Part shown: positions 19,725-27,153 of the stretch, in pieces
How positions within the stretch are numbered: the stretch's first letter is position 1
Layout of the letters: each line of letters opens with the position of its first letter
From: Clostridiaceae bacterium
Lineage (GTDB): Bacteria > Bacillota > Clostridia > Saccharofermentanales > DTU023
Length of the DNA: 61,929 bases
Direction of reading: 5' to 3'
Assembly (NCBI GenBank): GCA_012798865.1
Contig: JAAZMK010000005.1
Location: forward strand, 1 to 61,929
Program-made: the position numbers and the translations under genes
Notes under the pieces: generated by a model
Database searches by the model: none
Told to the model about the DNA's origin: nothing
Seen by the model: only the letters and a program-made list of their open reading frames with translations

Positions 19725-19801
19725 TGGCGACGCAGAAGGGACTCGAACCCTCGACCTCCAGCTTGACAGGCTGGCATTCTAACCGTCTGAACTACTGCGC
19801 C
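19725..19801 (-). tRNA. tRNA-Asp (anticodon GTC), CCA encoded
   Basis: The reverse complement GGCGCAGTAGTTCAGACGGTTAGAATGCCAGCCTGTCAAGCTGGAGGTCGAGGGTTCGAGTCCCTTCTGCGTCGCCA has a cloverleaf with anticodon loop CTGTCAA. Confidence 0.9.
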
Positions 19802-19991
19802 GTACACCTCGTTTTCGAACGCCATGCAAGGATAACAGATAAATGAAATGATTGTCAACCGGTCAAAGAGAGGGTTCAAAACGAATAGAACGAAAGCTGA
19901 ATGCCAACTTGTTTTGACGGCAAGTAGCGTGGGCAGAACGATTAATTCCTAACCATCGCATGTTCAATTTCATTTGAAAAGCTCAACTTAT

Positions 19992-20288
19992 TCAGTCAGC
20001 TGGTTTATCCGCCACCATGGGGGGAGTAAAGCTATAGAAATACTCCCGTTCATCAAACCGGCTAACGGGACGTATGGGTGTGCGACCAAATAAGTAGTCG
20101 ATAGAAACTTGGAAATATTCTGCGATTTTTATAAGCATACAGTAATCGGGCTGGCGTTCGCCGCGCTCATATTTAGAAATTGTCTGTCTGGTGACATTGA
20201 GATCAACGGCAATGTCATCTTGCCGAAGTCTCTTCTCTTTCCGCAACTCTCTGAGACGATCCCCGAATATTTGGCGCTGTTCATCCAT
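19992..20288 (-). CDS. XRE-family helix-turn-helix transcriptional regulator
   Basis: FGDRLRELRKEKRLRQDDIAVDLNVTRQTISKYERGERQPD is a classic HTH_3 domain. Start taken at the MDEQRQ methionine. Confidence 0.8.
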   Translation of the reverse strand: MDEQRQIFGDRLRELRKEKRLRQDDIAVDLNVTRQTISKYERGERQPDYCMLIKIAEYFQVSIDYLFGRTPIRPVSRFDEREYFYSFTPPMVADKPAD

Positions 20289-20528
20289 ACGTATGTGAAG
20301 TATGAATTGAGACTGGAAAATGCTCAAGAAAATGCATTGAATATGCTACAAACTGGCGCATTTGGCGCCTATGGACGGCAACTTGTCAAAGATGGGCTTT
20401 TGTGCAATTATTAAGCGTGCGGGTGCGATATGTTGGCTTCTCGGAGTGCGGACGCCCTTTAATTAAGGCAAAAGTATTAAATTCGCACCGACTATTGCAC
20501 TTATAGTGAGAAACGATCCGCGACAAAT

Positions 20529-20604
20529 GGGAGCATAGCTCAGCAGGGAGAGCACTTGCCTTACAAGCAAGGGGTCATCGGTTCGAGCCCGGTTGCTCCC
20601 ACCA
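20529..20604 (+). tRNA. tRNA-Val (anticodon TAC), CCA encoded
   Basis: GGGAGCATAGCTCAGCAGGGAGAGCACTTGCCTTACAAGCAAGGGGTCATCGGTTCGAGCCCGGTTGCTCCCACCA. Anticodon loop CTTACAA. Confidence 0.92.
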
Positions 20605-20605
20605 A

Positions 20606-20646
20606 ATACCCTTGTAACACAGCTGTTACAGGGGTATTGCTTTTTC
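20606..20646 (+). terminator. Rho-independent terminator after tRNA-Val
   Basis: ATACCCTTGTAACA cagc TGTTACAGGGGTAT (14-bp stem with one G-U pair) followed by TGCTTTTTC. Confidence 0.75.
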
Positions 20647-20972
20647 TTGATACTAAATTGAAACTATCTCTGTTTTTTGATTCCATGGCTCACAGATGAT
20701 TTTGAATGAGTGAAAGACATACATAGGGAAGCCTCATGAGCGACTGATAGTAAGCAATGGGAGCCATCTTACTACTGAAAATTCAATGGAAATCTCGGTC
20801 GCCGAAGGCGGGTGGACTTCAAACACCGCGGCTGACCTTCTGCGAGCGCGACTTCCAATTCACTGAAAAGTCACTCTTTTGCGTCAAGTTATTATCTGTT
20901 CATTGCACGCTGTAAATCGGTATGATTCGATCCCCCAGGTGATACGATAGAGACCGGAAGGGGTTGATAGAA

Positions 20973-21194
20973 ATGTCTGAAGAAAAAGAAAAATACTACT
21001 TTGACCCAGTATACAAAAATCTTGTGAAAGATGATGGGGTTTGGTTCTTCGTTTATGAAAATGGAAACTGAGTTCGCAATCGATACTACGAAGGCATTCT
21101 CATGGGGGATTGTTGGTGTGATCCCATTACACGAGAAAGAGCTGAGGAGCTCATTCAAGAATATGAAGGTGGTCAACATGCCGTTAGTCGATGA
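20973..21194 (+). pseudogene. Small ORF interrupted by an in-frame TGA at 21069-21071 (32 codons + TGA + 40 codons)
   Basis: GGAAGGGG lies upstream of ATG 20973. Reads MSEEKEKYYFDPVYKNLVKDDGVWFFVYENGN-TGA-VRNRYYEGILMGDCWCDPITRERAEELIQEYEGGQHAVSR, which is protein-like on both sides of the stop. Confidence 0.3.
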
Positions 21195-21381
21195 CCTTAT
21201 TCGCAGAACACAGCTCGAGGGGCAAAGCACTGAAGAATGGATAAAGCTATTCGATGAAGTCTGTGCATTCTTGGATGGTGACTACCCTGAGGCTGATAAA
21301 GAGAGGTTGAAAAAAGAAGGATGGATGGAAGTGATGTGCAGGATAGTTGCGTGGGCGGGGTATATTGAAGAGGACGAATAA
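21178..21381 (+). CDS. Hypothetical small acidic protein (67 aa), or the frameshifted C-terminus of the preceding ORF
   Basis: GAAGGTGG lies 5 nt upstream of ATG 21178. Reads MPLVDDLIRRTQLEGQSTEEWIKLFDEV... Confidence 0.35.
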   Translation: MPLVDDLIRRTQLEGQSTEEWIKLFDEVCAFLDGDYPEADKERLKKEGWMEVMCRIVAWAGYIEEDE

Positions 21382-21447
21382 AACTTTGAACGCGATGCAT
21401 GATAGGCGGTCGGTTTGCCGCTTCTTCAACAACACTCTTCTATATAA

Positions 21448-21651
21448 CTAATAAAAAATGTTTCCAGAAAAATCCCATCCGTAGATTTCCGGCAGCAGAT
21501 CCTTACCAGCTTTTTCACAAGCTTCTACGTGCTGCTCAAGCGTTTCATAAGACTCTGAAAGGGGAATCATTTCCATAGGCAAAATTTGACCAGTTACAGC
21601 CTTGTATCTGTTCTTCAGCGCCTGAAATCTTTTTGATTCAACATCGATCAT
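21448..21651 (-). CDS. Hypothetical small protein (67 aa)
   Basis: AAGGAG lies 9 nt upstream of ATG 21651. Reads MIDVESKRFQALKNRYKAVTGQ... No recognisable family. Confidence 0.45.
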   Translation of the reverse strand: MIDVESKRFQALKNRYKAVTGQILPMEMIPLSESYETLEQHVEACEKAGKDLLPEIYGWDFSGNIFY

Positions 21652-21944
21652 CTGCACCGGCTCCTTAAGCAAGCTATACCTTATACACTACTAGACGTCC
21701 ACAGGTAAAGTATATCTAAGTCTATTAACTTAGGTCATGTTTGCACTCTGTCTTTTTCTAACGTTCAAGTATCCGATATGGATATCCGTTTGCCTTCCGA
21801 AAGCAATTAAAAAATGACGAATAGAGCATGGTAACATGGCAAAAAACAGTAAGTAAGAAAGAAAAAACATGACGCTAACGACAAGTGAAAATGACTATAT
21901 TGATAAGAACTTCGTTGTTGATGCGAGCAAAGAAGGAGAATAAT

Positions 21945-22150
21945 TTGAGATTTAAGTGGCTGAATTATTTGGCTGATCTTGTTAAGAGCAAGAAAAAAGG
22001 GGCTTACCCTTTCTGCGGTGCTGATGCAGTGCATTATGCGATTACTATCCTGTGCGAAGAGCGTGGCGATGGGTTTGGTGTGACGCGTGCAATAGGCGAG
22101 ACGCTCATTCGATAAGAGGTTTTAAAGACAACTTTCCAAGAGAAGCCTAG
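21945..22150 (+). pseudogene. Decayed small zinc-ribbon-like ORF (frameshift near 22060-22072)
   Basis: AAGGAGA + TTG start. Frame 1 gives LRFKWLNYLADLVKSKKKGAYPFCGADAVHY... The shifted frame continues WVWCDACNRRDAHSIRGFKDNFPREA, i.e. a split xPFCG ... CDAC metal-binding pair. Confidence 0.35.
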
Positions 22151-22406
22151 TCATGAATATTCCGACCTAAGTTGACCGTTCCGCACGTAGAGAGCCATCA
22201 AATTGAACTTTTTAGAGCGAGACCTTCAGCGGACGAGTTTTCCAGACGAACAGATCAGATAATTCTTCCGGACTAAGCAATTACAACGAAATCAGAACAA
22301 AGTCTAGCGTCCTTATTCGGTTATCTGTGTCAAAAGCGATCTTAATGATGAGAGCGTTTCCGACCAGATATGCTTCCAGTTTGGAGGACATCTTCATCTA
22401 CTTTTC

Positions 22407-22820
22407 TTATTTAGTTGTAGTCGATTCATCTTCTTCGCGGATATTACTCTCATCAAATAACAAATTAAGATTAACGGTGGGTATAAGCAAAGGTTTCGAC
22501 CCGTCTGAAGCTGACACAAAAGAGAGAATGCTCCTTGCGTACGGTAGCAAGAGGGATGTGGCAATGATTTGCAGATCAGTATCGCGATGCTGCTCATTGA
22601 AATCTTCTGTCAGTAAAAAAATGCCGGATATCACGATTTTCGCTTCAACTGAACCGGTAAGCTCAGCATCCAAAATAACACGCTTTATCTCGGGATTCTC
22701 CATGTTATCTTGGCTCGTGATCGTTAGCGAGAGATTATTGTCACCCTCAAATGCCTCAATCTTCTTATAAGCTAATTCGTGCAATTCATAACTTTTAAAT
22801 TCAACAATACCTTCAGCCAT
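22407..22820 (-). CDS. SecB-like chaperone (137 aa), third gene of the hicAB operon
   Basis: GIFLL...LLLPYARSILSFVSASDGSKPLLIPTVNLNLLF aligns with the E. coli SecB block GIFSI...[33 protein letters not shown]. GGAG lies 5 nt upstream of ATG 22820, 13 nt after the hicB stop. Confidence 0.8.
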   Translation of the reverse strand: MAEGIVEFKSYELHELAYKKIEAFEGDNNLSLTITSQDNMENPEIKRVILDAELTGSVEAKIVISGIFLLTEDFNEQHRDTDLQIIATSLLLPYARSILSFVSASDGSKPLLIPTVNLNLLFDESNIREEDESTTTK

Positions 22821-22833
22821 AATGACTCCATAA

Positions 22834-23292
22834 CTATGCCGTTTGGGGGAACTTGGTGACCTTTTGTTTGCCATCGCTCCAGTGATTTTCAATTTCTGTC
22901 GGCACAGGAGACGGCATAGAGATTGACAAGTTATATACTGTCTGTGCTCGTCTCTCACCTAAGCCTTCAGCAAGAATACTGGTACAAAGGGAATTGAGAC
23001 TAACTCCCTCTTGTTCAGCTTTAAGAGCCAAATTACGATGTAATGATTTTGGGATTCTAAGATTGAAACGGCCACTGTATTCAGACGAATCCAAGCTCTT
23101 TGACGCAGGAATAGTTCTACCCATTTCTTGGGCAGCTTCAATCCAAACAGCTTTGTTTAACATTCCTTCATCGACAGCTTCCTGGAACGTATCACCAACT
23201 CCAATACATCCCTTGAGTTCAGGGAACTCACAAATCCACTGTTCTGTTCCGTCTTCTTCAATGATCGGATAAACCAAAAATGCATGTTCCAT
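22834..23292 (-). CDS. hicB: HicB-family antitoxin (HicB fold + RHH DNA-binding domain) with a C-terminal extension of about 40 aa
   Basis: WICEFPELKGCIGVGDTFQEAV is the HicB N-domain. SGRFNLRIPKSLHRNLALKAEQEGVSLNS is the RHH. GGAGGAG lies upstream of the ATG. Confidence 0.9.
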   Translation of the reverse strand: MEHAFLVYPIIEEDGTEQWICEFPELKGCIGVGDTFQEAVDEGMLNKAVWIEAAQEMGRTIPASKSLDSSEYSGRFNLRIPKSLHRNLALKAEQEGVSLNSLCTSILAEGLGERRAQTVYNLSISMPSPVPTEIENHWSDGKQKVTKFPQTA

Positions 23293-23294
23293 TT

Positions 23295-23582
23295 CTACTC
23301 CTCCTCTGGCATATTAAGCTCATCAACCGCTTCTAAGGCCTTGCGTATATACGCTCGCTTCACTCCGTCAGACGTTCCATGCGGTTTAACCACGGAAACA
23401 ATTCCATCATATTGAGGATGACAAAAGACCCTATGACTTCCTCCGGAAGAGGGCCTCAATTCAAATCCATAATAATCCATGAATTTTACTAACTCGTTAA
23501 AACGTATATCGTTTGGTGTTGGTTTTTGGCGGATTCGAGCTTCCAGTTTCTCAATGCTAGTAATATTTATCACCTTTCTCAT
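23295..23582 (-). CDS. hicA: HicA-family mRNA interferase toxin
   Basis: FNELVKFMDYYGFELRPSSGGSHRVFCHP...VVKPHG..D.VKRAYIRKALE fits the HicA/YcfA pattern. AGGTGG lies 7 nt upstream of the ATG. 2-nt gap to hicB. Confidence 0.85.
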   Translation of the reverse strand: MRKVINITSIEKLEARIRQKPTPNDIRFNELVKFMDYYGFELRPSSGGSHRVFCHPQYDGIVSVVKPHGTSDGVKRAYIRKALEAVDELNMPEEE

Positions 23583-24024
23583 AATAGTACCACCTGCGGT
23601 ACCATTGTCAACCCTCTGTTGCGTTTTTTTGAGAAATCACATGTTTGATTTTCTTTAGCTCTTTGCAAATTCTATCTATTAACTAAGTTTAGCCCAGCGA
23701 TACGATTGTTGCCAAATGACATTATTCCTGATCGATCGCAAAAACTTTGCTACACATTTTCATATAATAGCATTCTATTAATGGCTTGCTGAAACCTAGT
23801 TAGTGACGGTCTTTTAAAACAGTCCGTTGCGACGTATTTTTTGTTTTTCAGTCATGTTTAGCTTGCAATGTAACCCTTTGCTTTGGTTAGGGAGCGGTCT
23901 TGCTGGCATCCAGATTTTCACTAATGTAAACGTATTGTCTAATCGTTAATAGCAGCTTCAATTTTGCACCTCACGAACGTTCCCACTTATGAACTCACGT
24001 AAAAATCGATAATTCCCAATATGG

Positions 24025-24033
24025 TGATAGAAT
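24025..24033 (+). promoter_or_regulatory. Candidate extended -10 promoter element (TGaTAGAAT) for the MmeI-like gene
   Basis: TGATAGAAT lies about 130 nt upstream of ATG 24164. No convincing -35. Confidence 0.35.
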
Positions 24034-24163
24034 GGTTCTAAAGAATTGTGAGTGACTCAGGCTCGACGGTTTCGTCTAATTTCTCGTAGGGAATGGAGCA
24101 AATTAGACTAGGGTATGAAATAAAGAAGTCCAGATGTCGTCAGTCTCTTAACGAGGTGAATGG

Positions 24164-26941
24164 ATGCTAACACAGGCACAACAGAGAAAAGCAGCAAGGG
24201 ATTTTGCCAAAAGATGGGAAGGCAGAGGCTACGAAAAGGGTGATTCAGATACCTTTTGGATAACTCTTTTAAGCGAGGTTTATGGCGTAAAAAATCCTGC
24301 CGACTTTATCATTTTTGAAGATAAAGTCATGCTGGATAATACAAGCTTTATCGACGGACGTATCCCGTCGACTCACGTCTTGATTGAGCAAAAATCAATC
24401 GATAAAGATTTGACAAAGCCATTCAAACAATCGGACGGTTCTCTTCTTTCACCATTTCAACAAGCAAAGCGCTATTCGGCTGAATTGCCTTATTCCGAGA
24501 GACCAAGATGGATCGTGATCTCCAACTTCAAAGAGTTCCATATTTTCGATATGGAAAAACCCGGCGGAGAGCCTGAGGTTGTTCTATTAAAGGACTTGGA
24601 AGAAGACTACTATCGACTGAATTTCCTCGTGGACGAGGGCGACCATTACATTAAACGGGCTACGGAAGTGTCGATCCAAGCGGGTGAGCTCGTGGGGATT
24701 CTCTATGATGCCTTGCTCAAACAATACAATGACCCAGACGATGAGGAAACGCAGAAAGATCTGAACATCCTTTGTGTCCGTTTAGTCTTTTGTTTTTATG
24801 CCGAAGATGCCGGTCTATTTGGTCGCCACAATATGTTTCATGATTATTTGGCAAAACACAAAGATTCAAATTCTATGTTTAGAGAAGCTCTGCTCAACCT
24901 TTTTAGAGTATTGGATCAAGAAGAGCATGAGCGTGATCCTTATGCATCAGAAGACTTGCTGGCTTTTCCTTACGTCAACGGCGGTCTTTTTGAAAAAGAT
25001 GACATCGTTATACCGAGAATCAATGAAGAAATCATCGACATCATCTTAGACAAAGCTTCCGCCGGATTTAATTGGTCTAATATCAGCCCAACTGTTTTTG
25101 GCGGCGTTTTCGAGTCTACTCTGAATCCGGAGACAAGAAGATCTGGAGGTATGCATTACACGTCCATTGAGAACATACACAAGGTGATTGATCCGCTCTT
25201 TATGGACGATCTCCGTGAAGAATTTAAAGAAATCAAGGCTCTAAAAACACTTACGATCAAGAAGAGGCGTTATGAAGAGTTGCAAGACAAGATAGCTTCT
25301 TTGGTTTTCTTGGATCCGGCGGCGGGAAGCGGAAATTTCCTGACTGAAACATACCTTTCGCTTCGCAAACTGGAAAATGAGATTCTGAAAGAGTTACACG
25401 GAAAACAGGTTTTGATTGGTGCTGTAAAAAACCCCATCAAAGTGTCCATCAGTCAGTTTTACGGTATCGAGATTAACGACTTCGCTGTATCTGTTGCTAG
25501 AACGGCTCTTTGGATAGCCGAATCGCAAATGATGAAAGAAACTGAAAACATTGTCAATATGGATCTTGATTTTCTGCCGTTGGAAACGTATCCGAATATT
25601 GTTGAAGGCAATGCTTTGAGGATGGACTGGGAAGAGGTCGTGCCTAAAGACGAACTAGATTACATTATGGGAAATCCTCCGTTTGTGGGTGCACGAATGA
25701 TGGACACCCCTCAAAAAGATGACATGTACGAAGTATTTGGCAACCTCAAAGGTGTAGGAAACCTTGATTTTGTATCCGCGTGGTATAAGAAAGCATGCGA
25801 TTACATAAATCAAACCAACATTCATTGTGCTTTTGTTTCTACGAACTCTATCGCTCAAGGAGAGCAGGTTGCGATACTCTGGCAACCTCTATTCGAAAAA
25901 TACGGGATTGTGATTAACTTTGCTTACCAAAGTTTTGTATGGGATAGCGAAGCGAGCATGAAGGCTCATGTACATGTTGTAATCATAGGATTTTCGCAAA
26001 AAGAAAGACACGAAAAATTTATTTACAGTTCCGGCTCAAGAAAGGAAAAAGCTAGTTACATAAATGCTTATTTAGTTGACGCACCCAATATCTTTATTTC
26101 ATCTAGAAGAACACCGTTATCCGATGTGAGCAGAATGAGTTATGGAAGTTTCGCATTGGACGATGGTGCATTTACGATTAGTGAAGAAGAGTACAAAGAA
26201 ATCTTAAAAAAGGAACCCTTTATAAAAAGTGTTTTGAAGCCTTTCATAGGAGCTAAGGAGTTTATCAATAAGATAAACAGATACTGTGTGTGGCTAGATT
26301 ACGGTGATATTGATCTAATAAAGAGAAGCAGGATATTAACGCAAAAAATCCAACATGTAAAAAATTGGAGAAGCCAAAGCACTAGAAAGAACACTTTGGA
26401 GGCAGCTAATACGCCGATGAAATTTGCTGAAATAAGACAACCGGATTCAGATTATTTGGGAGTTCCGGTTGTTAGCTCAGAGAATAGAAAATATATTCCA
26501 ATAGGATTTCTTTCAAAAGAGATTATTGCGAGCAATCAACTGTTCGTTGTTCCAGACGCTGAAATCTACCATTTTTCTATCTTGTCCTCAAATGTTCACA
26601 ATGCTTGGATGAGGATAGTCGGAGGAAGATTGAAAAGTGATTACCGCTATTCTGCGTCCATCGTTTACAACAACTTCCCGTGGATTATCTTGACTGATGA
26701 ACAAAAAAACGAACTAACTATGACAGGAAAAAGAATTCTCAGAGCAAGGGAGTTGTACCCAGATTGGTCTCTAGCCGATCTATATAATGAACTGACTATG
26801 CCGCCTGAATTACGCAAAGCGCATCAAGAAAACGATAAAGCTGTTATGAGTGCATACGGTTTTGACTGGCGAACAATGACTAGTGCAGAGTGTGTGGCAG
26901 AGCTCATGAAGATGTACCAAAATCTCGTGAAACAAGCCTAA
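24164..26941 (+). CDS. MmeI-family type IIL restriction-modification enzyme (single-chain endonuclease + N6-adenine methyltransferase + TRD)
   Basis: 925 aa. N-terminal D...LIEQK nuclease motif, LVFCFYAEDAGLF helical block, motif I FLDPAAGSGNFL, motif IV GNPPFVG, and C-terminal RYSASIVYNNFPW and LRKAHQENDKAV blocks collinear with MmeI as I recall it. Confidence 0.88.
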   Translation: MLTQAQQRKAARDFAKRWEGRGYEKGDSDTFWITLLSEVYGVKNPADFIIFEDKVMLDNTSFIDGRIPSTHVLIEQKSIDKDLTKPFKQSDGSLLSPFQQAKRYSAELPYSERPRWIVISNFKEFHIFDMEKPGGEPEVVLLKDLEEDYYRLNFLVDEGDHYIKRATEVSIQAGELVGILYDALLKQYNDPDDEETQKDLNILCVRLVFCFYAEDAGLFGRHNMFHDYLAKHKDSNSMFREALLNLFRVLDQEEHERDPYASEDLLAFPYVNGGLFEKDDIVIPRINEEIIDIILDKASAGFNWSNISPTVFGGVFESTLNPETRRSGGMHYTSIENIHKVIDPLFMDDLREEFKEIKALKTLTIKKRRYEELQDKIASLVFLDPAAGSGNFLTETYLSLRKLENEILKELHGKQVLIGAVKNPIKVSISQFYGIEINDFAVSVARTALWIAESQMMKETENIVNMDLDFLPLETYPNIVEGNALRMDWEEVVPKDELDYIMGNPPFVGARMMDTPQKDDMYEVFGNLKGVGNLDFVSAWYKKACDYINQTNIHCAFVSTNSIAQGEQVAILWQPLFEKYGIVINFAYQSFVWDSEASMKAHVHVVIIGFSQKERHEKFIYSSGSRKEKASYINAYLVDAPNIFISSRRTPLSDVSRMSYGSFALDDGAFTISEEEYKEILKKEPFIKSVLKPFIGAKEFINKINRYCVWLDYGDIDLIKRSRILTQKIQHVKNWRSQSTRKNTLEAANTPMKFAEIRQPDSDYLGVPVVSSENRKYIPIGFLSKEIIASNQLFVVPDAEIYHFSILSSNVHNAWMRIVGGRLKSDYRYSASIVYNNFPWIILTDEQKNELTMTGKRILRARELYPDWSLADLYNELTMPPELRKAHQENDKAVMSAYGFDWRTMTSAECVAELMKMYQNLVKQA

Positions 26942-27072
26942 AACTACGATGCGAATAATTGCATGTCACTAGACGTAATAATACATAGAGAAACTCTTTG
27001 TCATTTCTAGTCTCTGAGTGCTTATTCTTTATGTTTTTACTCTATTTTTTCAACATCGCTTTTACTTGAGTA

Positions 27073-27106
27073 AAAGCCGCTGAAACGCAATTGTTTCAGC
27101 GGCTTT
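27073..27106. terminator. Bidirectional terminator hairpin between the convergent MmeI-like and hppA genes
   Basis: AAAGCCGCTGAAAC gcaatt GTTTCAGCGGCTTT, a perfect 14-bp stem with T/A runs on both sides. Confidence 0.7.
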
Positions 27107-27153
27107 ACACTTTATATACTGTATGGATTCAGCTTGCGGTTTCCGCAGCAGCC

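Larger units (their letters stand above)
20605..27110. other. AT-richer accessory island between the tRNA-Val 3' end and the hppA terminator (defence/TA cargo; no integrase detected)
   Basis: Hand counts on a few sampled 60-nt lines give roughly 30-48 percent GC inside and about 53 percent in the flanks. Content is TA + RM + decayed small ORFs. The left border is exactly the tRNA 3' end. Confidence 0.5.

Noticed and set aside
20915-20950. tRNA-like T-arm fragment (GGTATGATTCGATCCCCCAGG) that might be an att-site remnant of tRNA-Val
   Set aside because: It has only short, gapped similarity to the tRNA-Val 3' half (ATCGGT…TTCGA…CCC). It lies inside the island rather than at its right border, so the evidence is not strong enough.
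21069-21071. In-frame TGA as a possible selenocysteine or tryptophan codon (the organism has Se-related genes)
   Set aside because: Several well-supported genes here end in TGA (for example the ABC ATPase at 13109 and the ABC exporter at 5303), so TGA is a stop in this genome. I saw no convincing SECIS-like hairpin downstream, and the neighbouring ORFs are also decayed. A nonsense mutation is the simpler reading.
22327-22770. 147-aa + strand ORF in the island
   Set aside because: It is antisense to the SecB-like gene, with Ser/Leu-rich low-complexity translation and no SD.
23610-23615. TTGACA-N19-TATTAT promoter-like pair immediately upstream of hicA
   Set aside because: The -10-like hexamer overlaps the hicA ATG itself, and a good SD (AGGTGG) lies between the two boxes. 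Transcription from here would remove the start codon, so the real promoter is probably further upstream.
26942-27153. Right-hand direct repeat, integrase or attachment site for the island
   Set aside because: I read both strands and found no copy of the tRNA-Val 3' end and no recombinase ORF anywhere in 20.6-27.1 kb. The mobile-element call is therefore left as compositional and contextual only.
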